A stretch of DNA of 63,409 nt, filler included, from Diploschistes diacapsis (taxonomy: Eukaryota): assembly GCA_023645945.1 (NCBI GenBank). It is 16 parts of 16 records of this genome, joined end to end, with 100 filler letters (N's around TTAATTAATTAA, not from the genome) between each part and the next. Parts side by side here need not be neighbours in the genome. Positions count along the whole stretch, not along the records: positions 24,259 to 25,662 come from JALAIB010003155.1; positions 25,763 to 27,166 come from JALAIB010003156.1; positions 27,267 to 28,670 come from JALAIB010003157.1; positions 28,771 to 30,173 come from JALAIB010003158.1; positions 30,274 to 31,673 come from JALAIB010003159.1; positions 31,774 to 52,915 come from JALAIB010000316.1; 10 more parts are not named here. The stretch is one strand, 5' to 3'. Position numbers and translations under genes: made by a program. Numbering within the stretch: position 1 is the first letter of the stretch; every line of letters starts with the position of its first letter. The notes beneath the pieces are model-generated. The model made no database searches. It saw nothing but the letters and a program-made list of their open reading frames with translations, and was not told the origin of the DNA. This document shows, one piece after another, positions 24,259 to 38,427 of the stretch.

Positions 24259-25564
24259 AATTATATTATCGTTAATATTATTAGTTTTTATATATCTAAT
24301 CGGATCGATTTAATAATATTATTACCGTATAATTTTTATTTTTTTTTAATTATTCGATATCGTATTGTTTTTATCGTTAAAAAGTGCGTTAGCGTAAAAA
24401 ACGGATCATATTATTCGATTAAATAAATCGCGTTTGATATTTTCGTAATAAATTGAATTATTTTTAATATCTCGGAATCGAGTTATTATAAGTTTAATCA
24501 CTTAAATAGGCTTTATAAATATTAGATTATAATTTATTAATTTTATAATCTTGTTTAATAAGCTTTTTCGATTTATCGGACCTTTTTATTTCTATTTTAC
24601 AACCTTTTTTGAATCTCGAATCAATTCGATTTGGATATATTCTTAGTATATAATTCTTTATTAAATACGATCGAACTACGAAAGGCCAATAAAAAAGTTT
24701 TGTTGAAAGTGGTGGAAGTCCTAATAGATTACTGATGACTAAGAATGTATTCTGCAGCTAGTCCTAACTATGAAATATTCCTAGCCTGCCTAGCCCGGTA
24801 GCTGACTATTGTTCAATGATTTTATTGAAGAGGTAGAAGGTTATAACTAAGAAATATGGAGGGTGAGAGGCCTTTATAGGCACATTTCACGCTAGTGTGA
24901 TTAATAATCACTATTCTAGAATGTTTCTTATCCTTCTAAATTATTCCATGCATTAGTAAGCCGAATATTCTAGAATATTCCATAATCTTCGATAATATTC
25001 TATTATGTTCTAGAATATTCTAGTACCTTCTAGAACCTTCTAGAATATTGGAACATGCTAGAAGCTTAGTAAGCAATCTGACAACCCTTTTTAGGTTAGT
25101 ATTCTGACAAGTTTAATTAGACGTTACGAGCCGTTTTAGAATTAATCAATCCGATTCGACGTTATTCGTGTCCAATAACCCGTAGGTTTAAATCGATGTA
25201 TATTAGGTTTAAGACGCATCGTAGATAAAACCGAAAATAAAAAACGCTTCTTAATAATCATAAAAATCGTAAATTAATTAAGCGAATTGAATTAAAGATC
25301 GTTTTATTTTTAGTACAGACGAAGTTTTTAAATAATAATTCGCGTTAAATCGAGTCGGATAGTTTTGAAACGACTTATAATGCGCAAAAAACGTCGTCGC
25401 GTTTCTAAAATCGAAAAGGATGAAAAAAAAGAAGATAAATTCGATTTAGATCGATTAGATTCTGATTGTGACGAACAGGTTATATTTAAAAACCGTAGAA
25501 TGTTGGCGGTAGTGATTTAAGCTGGCCGAAATCTAGGGGTGGCCGGAATCCCCGTGAAACACGT
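24259..25564 (+). mobile_element. pogo/Fot1-like transposon, 3' part with right TIR, interrupted by a solo LTR
   Basis: Transposase-like tail KRRRVS.IE.DE...RFDLDRLDSDCDE, then TIR ...GGGGTGGCCGGAATCCCCGTGAAACACGT plus TA. Homologous right ends at 55362-55915 (-), 56016-56359 and ~59050-59193. Confidence 0.8.
24701..25109 (-). mobile_element. Solo LTR, family B (409 bp, copia-type) with 5-bp TSD AGTTT
   Basis: TG...CA termini; AGTTT at 24696-24700 and 25110-25114; further copies at 27267-27551 and 61347-61911. Confidence 0.9.
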
Positions 25565-26319
25565 TATATAAAAAGTGCAAATTAATTACGACATCAGTTA
25601 ACTTATTTAAGCGAATTAAGAATGAAGACTCGAAAAAAAGGATTTTTGAATCTTTTAAAATANNNNNNNNNNNNNNNNNNNNNNNNNNNNNNNNNNNNNN
25701 NNNNNNTTAATTAATTAANNNNNNNNNNNNNNNNNNNNNNNNNNNNNNNNNNNNNNNNNNNNTAACGTGTTTATTAAATACGGCTCGCTTGCGAGTAACT
25801 TACGTTTTATATTTCGTTTCAATTATCGGAAACGTGATTTAAATTTCTAGATTTATTATTTCCGTAATTAAATCTTAGATTTTTTTTTATTCTAATAATT
25901 TCTAACGTTTTCTTTTAAAATAAGAAATATGTTCCCGGTTAGATCGCGAAGGGTTTACGTCCGATAAATATTCTTTTTCGATAATAAAATTTGATTAATC
26001 TCTTTCGTCTGATTTAAGAATTTCGACGACGACGCGTTTTCTTTTGACGATTTCTTTTTTTCGCGAGGCCTTTACGGTTACTAACCGTAAAGGTTCCGTT
26101 AATATCTTGTTATATATTAATAATTCCTATCAGGATGAAATAACGGTGTCCGTTAAATCTACGGCTGTTATCGATTTTTTAATATTTCGGGATGCAGTCG
26201 CGGCCTTTCGCTTTTTTTTCGTTATTTTACCGGACTATTGTTTTATTAAAAGAAAAGAAATTAGAACTATAAAAAATAAAATATAATAATATAATAATAA
26301 TGGTTATAATATTTATAAA

Positions 26320-26448
26320 TTAATTTCTAGAGAAGAAAGTAGGAGATTCCTTATTGAAAACTCCTCTTATGTGGGCCCGCGGCCTTGGCGCGGTGCTAGG
26401 GCTGAAGTCTTCCGCTCGCCCGGAGGACTGTCACAGGTATCTGTTACA
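26320..26448 (+). mobile_element. Short LTR-like repeat, family G (ends GGTATCTGTTACA); second copy at ~60925-61051
   Basis: Shared gcggccttggcgcgg...ggactgtcac.ggtatctg.taca core. Confidence 0.65.
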
Positions 26449-26889
26449 AAATATATCTTAACCAAATTTTGCTCTTTTATCTTCTTAATGTTAATAGGTT
26501 ATTCAGAGATAATCAGATATTTCCTTCTTTTCTCTTTTTATATTCTTGCAAACAATGTCTTTTGTCATGTTTGGAGCTTTTAGATCGTAATCTTCTCCTT
26601 ACCTTTCGTAAGATGTAGAAGGGTCCTTAGACAAGTCCTTAAATTAGCTTTCATTATAAATACAAGGCGCGTTGTTTAGGGAGACTTCCCTTGCTATAGT
26701 AGGTAGATAATCGTAGATAGTGTAGTAGAGGAATGTAATGTGATCTCGTAGTTAACAGCATACTTAAATAGGACATTTATGAGGTGTAGGATGCATTAAT
26801 TATCTAGAGCTACCTAGCAGGCCTCCTTAAATGGAGCTGCCCTGTGGGGACCACCCCCACCAAGTCTGCGGCCTACTTTTATGTTTACA

Positions 26890-27166
26890 CTATTAGAAAG
26901 TTAAGTTAGTACATAATTAATTCATATATCTATCATTTATATATCTTAAAAGAACTATTCCGTTATATTCGAAAAATAAAAGATATTAAAATTTAATTTA
27001 GTTTTAAATTTGAATTTTCGAAATTACGGGGATACTTCGATATAGATTATAAAAGAAATAAATTAAATCGAAAGTTTATATATAAATATATCTTTTAGTT
27101 ATACGGTGAATCAATATCTTAAATAAGCAAAAAACAGAATTAAATTTTAACGTTAATTATAAAAGT
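26890..27166 (+). mobile_element. Second copia RT/RNase H fragment homologous to 23420-23700
   Basis: Colinear with the 23420-23700 segment, differing mainly by transitions. Confidence 0.75.
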
Positions 27167-27759
27167 NNNNNNNNNNNNNNNNNNNNNNNNNNNNNNNNNN
27201 NNNNNNNNNNTTAATTAATTAANNNNNNNNNNNNNNNNNNNNNNNNNNNNNNNNNNNNNNNNNNNNTAGAATATTCTAGAATATTCGGCTTACTAATGCA
27301 TGGAATGATTTAGAAGGATAAGGAACATTCTAGATTAGATTATTACTAATCACACTAGCGTGAAATGTGCCTATAAAAGGCCTCTCACCCTCCATCGTTC
27401 ATAGTTACAACCTTGAACCTCTTCAATATATTATCACTGAATAATAGTCAGCTACCAGCTAGGCAGGCTAGGATTATTCCCTAGTTAGGACTAGCTGAAG
27501 AATACACTCTTAGTCATCAGTTATCTATTAGGACTTCCACCACTTTCAACAGATATCGATAATAATACGATTTCGGAGTAAGAAACCTTTCGGATTCTTT
27601 TAAACGATTCTGAACCTAAACCGTTAGTATATCCGCGTATATTAATTTATCGTAATCGAATATGGACGAATTTGTTACGCTTTCGATATTTAAAATTATA
27701 AACATCTTTATTAACGAATAAAATGTTACTTATAATTTTTATACGAAAACATTTTTAAT

Positions 27760-28670
27760 CCTTTTTTCTTTCGATTTAGCTGACCTGAACCCCCCGCGCG
27801 GTCGTATAAGACCTATATTAATAATAAATATTCGAATTTAGGCCGAGCATCTTTTATAATATAAAGACGATAGATTCGGAAGATATGTTCGTTTCCGATT
27901 TATAGTTTTTAATATATATTATCGCCGAACTACTCGAAAATAAATTACGTATATTATGACGAAAATTGTACGTCCGGATGATAATATTATAAATATAGAA
28001 TACCTTTAAGAACTTATCGAGAAAAACGATATAGATAGATTATCGAATATAATTACTCAATGCGTTATTAATATATTAAACGGACGTCCTTTCTAAGCTA
28101 AAAAACGCAGGGAATTATAGAATATAATCTATAATATCGGATCGCCTTCGTTATTTTTTATTTTTTATGTTACGGACGTGCAATAGCCGGATTTATACAG
28201 ATTCATACCGGGTTTAATTGAACTTTTAATTATTAATATTCCGGAACGAGAACGCTATAAAATAAGAAACCAGACGTTATTTAATAATCCTTATATTACT
28301 ACTAAATGGCTTTTTAAACGTTTTTAATTGTTTTCGATACCGTTATAAAAGGAAAGTTTCCGATCTTAAACCATTAATTTAGATTCGAATGGCAGTAACG
28401 TAACAACGGTCATATCCATAGTTTTATTTAGATCGCTAACAGTCTAAAAGCTTCAACGGCTATACAACGATTACGGGACGCATTAGCTTAAATCTAAAAT
28501 ATATATATCGTGGTTCTGAACCTTAAACTGAATTATCGTCATTTCGGCGCGCATTTTTCCTCCCTTCCGTTTCATTACTAAAGTAATATCGTTGTTGATC
28601 TTACAGATTATTTAAACTGTTTTTAACGTTATAACAAATGCGAAGAAATCTATTATCTTCGTCGTATTAA
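27760..28670 (+). mobile_element. Helitron Rep (HUH endonuclease) remnant, RIP-degraded
   Basis: Reads AEHLL.YKDDRFGR..RFRFIVFN, IGSPSLFF.F..TDVQ.PDL, NP....W and H*FRFEWQ*RNNGHIHSFI*, the Helitron E.Q.RG..H.H motif with RIP-type stops. Confidence 0.85.
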
Positions 28671-29011
28671 NNNNNNNNNNNNNNNNNNNNNNNNNNNNNN
28701 NNNNNNNNNNNNNNTTAATTAATTAANNNNNNNNNNNNNNNNNNNNNNNNNNNNNNNNNNNNNNNNNNNNTCTTATATATATATTAATATATAAAAACAA
28801 CAACCGCGAAGATGTTTAAGTTAATAGAATATAAACAGAAAGCATATAAAAAATTTAATTTCGATTTTGATTCCCGTTTTTATCTGTTCGTATATTTCTC
28901 CATTTACTTGATATATACGGATTCATTCTTTATATATTATAAAAAAAGCGGGTCGTTACGCCTAAAATCTGCTAGAATAAATATATCACGTTACTGATAT
29001 AACATACGAAC

Positions 29012-29463
29012 TAGGCTGGCCGTCACTGACACTGACACCGTAGTGTTAGTGTCAATATTTTAGATTTTTTATTGCGGTGTCAGTATCCGTGGATTCACTG
29101 AAATGTAATGTCCGTATTAATATCCGTGTTTTAAATTTTTTAGCTGCGATATCCGTGTCCGTACTTTTACTATAGTATAATGTTAATATTAATATACGTG
29201 TTTTAAAAATCTTTATTACGGTGTCCGTGTTAGTGAATTTATAAAAATATAATGTCCGTGTCCGTGTATTCACCGAAAAAATTTGTTTTTATAATTCTAG
29301 AATTATCACGCCTATTTCTCACGCTTTTTTTTTAAAAAAAAATTTTATTACGGTTTTCCGGTGAATTTATTATAGTATTAGTATCAGTATTAATGAATTC
29401 ACGGAAATGTAATATCAATATCAGTATTAATATTTTAGATTTTTTAGCTGCGATGCCCGTGTC
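29012..29463 (+). mobile_element. hAT-like MITE copy, truncated by a further insertion starting TGTGGTAG at ~29464
   Basis: Begins with TIR TAGGCTGGCCGT and carries the same GTGTCC-rich subterminal repeats as 53604-54185. Confidence 0.75.
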
Positions 29464-31813
29464 TGTGGTAGTCGCTGGGTAGCTTGGGGATTGCTGGTGG
29501 ATTGCTTGGGGCAGGTCGTGCCGACATCGCTGCCAGCAGGCGACATCTATAACGATGCTGCTTGGCATCTTATATATAAATAGATTTTCGTTCCGACTTA
29601 GCTAACAATTTATATACTTCTCATACTTGATTTTACAGATAATTTGTATAGTAATTTAATAATAACGATAGATGGTTTAATCCCTCTTGTCTTAATACTG
29701 AATAGTATTAATAGAGCCTCGCTTTTTATTTAGTTCAAAATATTTAAATTAGAGTTTATTCTGAAGCTCGGATTTCAAAAAATTTGCTTTTCTTACCATA
29801 TCCAACCTTTTACTGTTCTTTACTTTAAGAATTTTGTTTTTTTTTAACGATTAAGAAGCAATCAGATAACAGCTAAATAAAGGATTAAAATATCTCGCCC
29901 GTTTCTTAAACTAATTATCTAATTTTATTATCTTATGTATTTTTTTTACCCGAGTAGCTAAACTTCCTGACTAAATTTTTAGAACTTAATTAATTATAAA
30001 CCTCTAACGGCTACATTACGATTGAATTTAAGGTTTAAAATAGGGTTTATTTAAAAAATAATTTTCTTTTATTTTTATAAGCTTCGGAAGTATTTATATC
30101 GGTTTTTAATAAAGAAATTATCCCCGAAATTATCGTCGAGAAAATAATAAAATTTCGGTTTTATTTAGAAAGTNNNNNNNNNNNNNNNNNNNNNNNNNNN
30201 NNNNNNNNNNNNNNNNNTTAATTAATTAANNNNNNNNNNNNNNNNNNNNNNNNNNNNNNNNNNNNNNNNNNNNGTAATAAGCTTACAGCCCGTTAAACTA
30301 TAAAATTATTAAAGAAAAGAGATATACGAACGATTTTTATATTATATCTAACGAAACACCGGCTTTCTTCTGCACCGACGGCAGCGTACTATTTCTTAAT
30401 TCTTAGTTTATTTACGATGACGATATAACCGCCAAAAACTGAAAATCTTGCGATACGTTTATAAATATTATGCTGTTGTTTAGATCATTAGCCGCCTCCG
30501 TTTCTTCGTTAAATTAATTAATAAAACACTTCGTTTGCTTTATAGATTTCTTTTTAATTAATTTAAGATTTTTTATAATCTCTCGATGCGAGCTTCGTGT
30601 TTTATTAATTAAAAAAAGAATTTCCGTCTTTTCTTCTCTTTTAACTTCAATTTAAATTCCGTCTAAACGCGTATCCTATTTATAACCTTTTAAGATATCG
30701 ATATATAGTTCTTTCGGCTAAAACGAGCGTACCTTTCGTAACGAGAAGAAATGGACGGTATAATAATATAATTATAAGAAACGGAACAATAGAAATAAAG
30801 AAAGTTAACGGTTTTACCGGATCGAAAGATTCGATCGACAAGTTTATGATTACGAGAAATTAAAGAAGATATCGTTATCTACGATTTAGGGTTTCTTTTG
30901 TTTAATATTGATATCAGATCTTTCGGCGAATCATCGGGCCGATAATACTGAAAGAAAGGGATAGTATTACGATCTAAATACTAGACTTAACATATCCTAG
31001 CTTTCTATATGTAGCCAATCACGGTAACAGAAGTTACGTAATTAATAAATACCCGTTGATAGATGTCTGTTAAAAATAAATCTACTCGAACAATTATTTA
31101 TTTATGACAGCGCTGTTGCGACAGCTTACTATCGGCAGCTGGCTATTAGTTTAAATTATATAAAAACGCCGCCGTGGTTTTTATCAATTCAGGACGTGTT
31201 TACTTTTATAAACATCCTTAATTATTACTCGGGATCAATTTATATTCGTTACCTCTATCATTTAAAACCTTCTTCTAGAGATAATCAAAGATCTGTAACT
31301 GTTCTATCTTTTTTTCCTGCTTGCACTCCTCTTCTAAACGAGACCAAACCCACCTTGATCTATACCTCGTGTCTACCTTGTAGAGATAGAGATCATAACA
31401 CGACAGTACCATATACGTCAAGTTAAAATAACACTGCCGAAAAATCTATACAAATTACCGAAATGAACATCCGTGCCATACTTAAAGGAACGAAACAAGG
31501 ATACACTTTCTAAAACGAAACAATATTAGCTCAATACCATATCCGAAATAAAATAATCATAAAACCTGAATTGAACGGTTCAGTCACGACGCCTATCGAG
31601 TATTAATTAAACGAAAAGCCGTTAATAAATAATATCCGTATTTAAAAATCAAGATATTACAACTACGTGAATCNNNNNNNNNNNNNNNNNNNNNNNNNNN
31701 NNNNNNNNNNNNNNNNNTTAATTAATTAANNNNNNNNNNNNNNNNNNNNNNNNNNNNNNNNNNNNNNNNNNNNCCACCCCCCCGGTCCTGTTAAGCCCCC
31801 CTTTCCCTCTCGA

Positions 31814-32256
31814 ATGTCAAATTGGGCTAGATGGAAATCTCACTGGCGCCAAGAACTTCTGAACCTGGGCAGGGCCTATCCGCAGGGCTACGCCTACTTC
31901 CAGACGCGACTGCACCGGGCGTTCGCGAGCCAGGCGCACCTGAGGGGGGAAGAGGAGATACGGGCGGCGCTGGGGAAGGCCGAGTATGTGAAGAAGGGTG
32001 AGTCCCGAGCAATTTTTCATGTTCTTCCAAGACTCGGGCCTTTCTTCTGGGCGGGTGCAACGGGGACGGCTAATGATGATTACGTAGAAATTGAAGCGCT
32101 GTAAGCTGCCCTTGTTGTTCCATGTACATGTATATCGTCCTTGTTTTTTTCTTTTTCGGTACGAGGGGCTGACATCCGGCCTCCTTGTCCGTGGCGCTGC
32201 GCAGGTATTTTCTCAAACGTTACCGGACACTGCGCCAGCGCTACGATAAGCTCTGA
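31814..32256 (+). CDS. LYR-motif protein (LYRM5/ETFRF1-like); true first exon probably lost in the gap
   Basis: [24 protein letters not shown]...[25 protein letters not shown], using introns 31998-32087 and 32101-32204. Confidence 0.85.
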
Positions 32257-32373
32257 TGCGCCTTTCGTCCCTGAATAAATTCTCCGATCCACCCTGCCCA
32301 AACCCAAGCCTTTTAAAATCGTCAAAATGCCAAAATAACTCGTTTTAATCATGATCGTAATCGGTGGATGAAG

Positions 32374-33726
32374 CTAGTATCTTGTCGCCCACCAAGCACC
32401 TAGCTCCAGACACTCCCCGTTGGACGTCCCGCCGCCCTCCAGAAGATCTTTCATCATACCCGCCTTCCACCCGTCCCACTCGTCCTGTCGCTTCCCACTC
32501 TCTTCCTTCAGCAGGGGCTCTATGCTTTCGATGAACTGCACGCTCGTCTCCAATGCGGTTTGTCTCAGACTAGCTTGGTACGGCGTCAGATGCTTCTTGG
32601 CCTGCTGTTCCCATCGTGTTTCCGAAAATGGTAAAGCGATGCGGCAGCTGCCGGAATCTTTCAACGTGTCCACATGGGAGCCTATGGCCCATGCCACCAT
32701 GCCGCAGGGGGCGGCGACAAGGCCGCGTTTGGTCAAAGCACTTTCGAGCCACGAGTTGTGGTCCACCAGGTATTTGTTTTGGGAGGGAGCAAAGGCAGTG
32801 TAGGGGCTCATGAGATAAGCGGCGCAGGCCTCGGCCTGCTCTTGCTCGTCTTCAGTCGAGGTCGGAGGCACTCCGGGATTAGGTAGCAGTGCTCGGAATA
32901 CATGGTCCGATTCCCACAGCTCTAGGACACCGCCGGGCTTTAAAATCCGTATAGTCTCCATCATGGGGGCTTCGACGGAGCCGGCGTGGCCTATACAAAG
33001 ACCCAAGTCTTTGATGAAGACGAAGTCGAACTCGCCGTCGGCGAATGGTAGTGGTTGTTTCCGAAGGTCGTGCTGAACAAAGTGCCAGTTGATGCCGGTG
33101 GCTTTGAGATTTGGGGCTAGAGGAGCGATGTCGAGGCCAGTGAAACTGATATTGTTGTGCCCGTGCTCCTTGAAATAGTCGTGACAGGCAGTAGTCCACA
33201 GCGCGGTACCGCAACCTATCTCAAGAACCTTGGTTGGCGGGGCGTCGCTGTCGAATGTGGAATTGCAGAAGGGTGCTCCGAAAAGTCGCATCAGCATTAG
33301 CAGGCGCATGGACTGGCGGTGTAGCTCTGGCAAGTCCACAGGAAGTGGATAATCTAGGGTCGGATCTCGAAGGTAGCGCCTCCCGCCCTCGTACCTGAAC
33401 GGATTGCCCACATGAGGGAGACGGTTGCGGGAAGCCTCGTGTGCTGTTTTCTGCGGCTGCTGCTGCTGCTGCTGCTGCTGGTTGGCGCTATTAGATGACG
33501 AGGAGTTGGTGTGGGAACGCTGTAGCCGGGGACTTGCAGCACGGCCAGCACCGCCGGCTCCAGGCCGATGAGCGAGCGACGACTGGCCGCTTCCTCCGTC
33601 GGACTGCGAGGGCAGATGCTTTCGTCTGGGTTCGCCAAAGACGAAGGCCTGCGCGGCGGACTTGTGCTTATTCGTCCTGGGTGGTTGCGCCGTGGTACCG
33701 ACGGCCGTAGGCTCAGCGTGGGCCAC
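32374..33726 (-). CDS. Class I SAM-dependent methyltransferase (LaeA-like fungal family); 5' end uncertain
   Basis: RRYLRDPTLDYPLPVDLPELHRQ, VLEIGCGTALW, FTGLDIAP, LPFADGEFDFV and RILKPGGVLELWE. Confidence 0.88.
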   Translation of the reverse strand: MAHAEPTAVGTTAQPPRTNKHKSAAQAFVFGEPRRKHLPSQSDGGSGQSSLAHRPGAGGAGRAASPRLQRSHTNSSSSNSANQQQQQQQQPQKTAHEASRNRLPHVGNPFRYEGGRRYLRDPTLDYPLPVDLPELHRQSMRLLMLMRLFGAPFCNSTFDSDAPPTKVLEIGCGTALWTTACHDYFKEHGHNNISFTGLDIAPLAPNLKATGINWHFVQHDLRKQPLPFADGEFDFVFIKDLGLCIGHAGSVEAPMMETIRILKPGGVLELWESDHVFRALLPNPGVPPTSTEDEQEQAEACAAYLMSPYTAFAPSQNKYLVDHNSWLESALTKRGLVAAPCGMVAWAIGSHVDTLKDSGSCRIALPFSETRWEQQAKKHLTPYQASLRQTALETSVQFIESIEPLLKEESGKRQDEWDGWKAGMMKDLLEGGGTSNGECLELGAWWATRY

Positions 33727-35476
33727 AGCTGATGCCTTTTGACTTCACCGCCGGGGCTTTGGGAGCGAATGGAAGTTCTTCATCTGAGTCGTGCGAGCGA
33801 GATGAAGGGCTATGTGCTCGGGGCCCTCTGATTGCGGGGCGGCGGAAGATAGATGGTAGCCCTTGGCAAGCGATGGATGTCAGTCGGAGCAATGCTGATA
33901 TTTTGAAGTACAAGGCCAAGAGGCAGCGCCAAGACAACGAAAGCTGTTACAGGAGAATGAGCAGAGTAGAGGATGGCAGGTAATTGAACTGATCAAAGAA
34001 GGAAGTCGGACCAGCCGTCAGCCATGGCAGCATCCTGTTAGCACTTGCCCCCTACCCAGCACTGAGCGCGCCGCCCACCAGAGAATAAAGGTCGCGGGGT
34101 ACGTGCGTGCAGGTAGGGCTCAACCAAGCTCACACGTTTTTGCTACGGACTTAGTAGTGCCGACCGGTGAGTACTTGAAGTCGTAACTCAAAGCTGAGCA
34201 GCTAGTTCCTTGGGCCTTGGTGTAACTCTAATATCAAATATAGTGTTAACTTGTCAAATGATCCCTGACCATCTCAGAAAATGAGAGGGAAGACTCTTGG
34301 GAAGCTTACTGTAATCTGTATAAGAAACGATGAATCAGAAAAAGGCACGTGCCCGCACGGTAGGCTTAACTCTGATCCTACCCCAAAGGCACTCTTTAAC
34401 TGATACGCGGCAGGGTCTCACATCTTAAAAAATAAGACACCCTTGTTTGATGAGCTCTAAACGACTCCATGCAGCGTTGGTGGGAGCGTTTACTGCTTTT
34501 GATGCTTTTGATGCTTTTGATGCATACATGATGTCGCTCTTACAGCCTGAATTCGGCCTTTAAGTTCTATACATGTATATAATTCGCGTGTTGGCCCACG
34601 CAATAACATGCGTCTGTTGGGGATTTCCTTTTACGGACCGTGTATTGGAAGGGAGAACTCCCTACACAAGTTGGCACAGAATATTTTCCTATAATGACCA
34701 AACCATGAAGTGAAGTTAAATCAAGTAGCCTGTATAGGAAAATAGGTTGGTAAAGCCATGGATGCCATCCACGGAGAATGAAAGAGACGCCCATACAATA
34801 GATTAATTCCAAAAAGAGGTGACGCAAAAGCTTTCAATAAAAGGGGTAAGCTATGACTCGCTGACAAGGAGTTGTCCAGCATCGAGGGACAACTTCGATC
34901 AGAGAATGGATGACGATGGTCGTGGTTCAGATGACAGGGGTAATACCGACAACGCAAACGTAGCACTAGCAGCCCATGCAAAAAAAATGCAACTCATAAG
35001 TAGATTCGACGTAACGACTCAACGACTCACAAGGCCGCTGACTTGCGGCCCCCCCTGAGTCTGGCATAAACTAATAACAGCAGATCCGCCATAAGTCTCG
35101 TTGCGGTCCTGCATCGTCCACAACACTACGGACGCTTCATAGATGATCCTGAAAATAAGACAGCCCAAGGCAAAGCCATGGAACGCTCCAAGTTATGCAT
35201 GACCACCAGACAGAACTTGCTATTGCAGAGCATTGGACAAAAGCGACCGCCCAACAGCAACGTAACACATACCCCATAGAGGACAGAAATTTCTGTGCGG
35301 TATTTGCTGGACACATTTGCGTCACATTCGGACTTTGGATGCTAAGACATGTAAGTTGTGGGTGTTGTTCGTTGTGAGTCAAACTAATTAGCGAGTTGCG
35401 ATCCGGAGACAACATAAAATGGAGGCTTTCGGTACGTTGAGGCGTTTACGTATGGGGTGTAATCGGTGAAACAGAA

Positions 35477-36687
<1,211 letters not shown>

Positions 36688-38427
36688 GACTTCCCGCTTG
36701 GGAAGTTACCTGTCTTGCGAGCGGCGTGTGCCGTACGGTTGCAATAGCGTGGATGGGACACACGAGGGGTTGCTCTCTATCAATAAACACCTTGTTAGCA
36801 CGCCATCTGCCACTCACTGGAAAGATTTTGAGCGTTGTTGACACATCTCGAGCTTTTCGAGGAGCAATGGAGAGGCTCGCCCGACGCGAGAGTACCTGGC
36901 ACAGAGCGCGTGAGGTGTCTGCACTTACCTCTAAACAGACAATTTACTCGGCCGAGTGATACAGTTGCAAGTCTATACCCGTGGAAGCAACCAATGTGGG
37001 GAAAGGGCAGGCCAAAAGCTGGCCGTCACCAGAAATGTGTTCTTCAGGCAAATTGGTGAGGGTGAGCAACTTCTTCCAGATAATCAGAGCAGTCCTTCGA
37101 GCCTCGGATCGTGTCGCTGCGTCGAGTCCCGGTGTAGTTGCCGGTAGAAACTTTTGATCAGTTTCTCGTGTAGTGTTAGAAAAGCAGCCGCCTTGTGGGG
37201 TTTTTGTCGTTTGAATAGACAGATTCGGCAATGGATGGCAGCAAATCGATCCTGATGCTCGTTTGGACGGAATGATTTTTAAGGAATCTTGGGGCTGATC
37301 GTTTGAGTGAGATAGATCACAACTTGCTTGTTCGCTTGGAGAGATGTGCAGCGGTAAAATGTTCTCCGTCGAGCACGGTCGATGAAACGAACGACAACGA
37401 AAAACCTACCCTTAGTTTTTTTTGGCTTGGCTTCTGGTAGGCGCACACCCAGGCATTTTGACTCCGTTGTTAATCCTACGTACAGGTAGGTAGGTATCTA
37501 CCGAGGCCCGGGGGCGCTGAACCCCCCTCAGGTGTTCTTGATATACCTACAACATTCAAATAACCCCGCGACATCCCAACGGCCCCTGTATGTCATTCTT
37601 ATAACATAAGTCCATCATCCCATAATTGATCATTGTCGCCGTTAACACTTGTTGCTGTCTGGAATGGCTACGAGGTTGTTCCTAACATCAAATGCTAGAT
37701 GTCTGTAACATGTCCTGTACCATCCTGCGGCACTTTAGATAATCCTCCCCTGAAAATATGGGTACAGAGGCAGATCTGCTGAATAGTATCAGTATAACCA
37801 TAGCCACGCGTTTCTTAAGTCGCTCAGTTTTGATGATAGAGACCCAAAGACTTCCTACAGTTAGGAGCAATGGAAGATAGTGGAAGTACTTGTTATGGCG
37901 CATTTGGTTTTCATTGTGGCAATAGCGTATTGAGTCGCATGAGACAGAGTTATCGATTAATATCCTCAGCATCTCGCTTTTGCGCCCTAAACGAGCACAC
38001 CCTCTGCTCTCAGTTATGGAGAGCAAGCGTGGTCCTGTTCCAAGCTAAATGGAAACGTCCCTCCAAAAAGTTAACCTCATGATATCTGTAGTCGTCCATG
38101 CGCCCGTATGTGTCCACTAAACTCCTGGCTATAGCAATCAAACAAGTAGCTCCCAAAATGCCACGCTTCACTATTACGAATGACCAGAGTTTAGTATCCG
38201 TCGTACATGGGTACAATTAGGACATCCCCCAAAACGCAATTGCCAATGCCGGACAGTACGAATACTCGAGAAACCAATCAACATCTATCCGCTTCCCAGA
38301 AGGGAAATCGATGGAACAGCTCGACCTCTTTTCTACGAAGACAAATAGAACCGCGAAAACGCTTTTCAGGTGGCCTAGTGCTAAGAACAGAAAACCGTTC
38401 GCGCCGGGGAGCAATCGCCCAGGCATT

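Noticed and set aside
17337..31673. RIP leakage from an adjacent AT-rich block into the Zn2Cys6 gene, or two-speed genome architecture
   Set aside because: The contigs are not demonstrably adjacent; their order follows length ranking.
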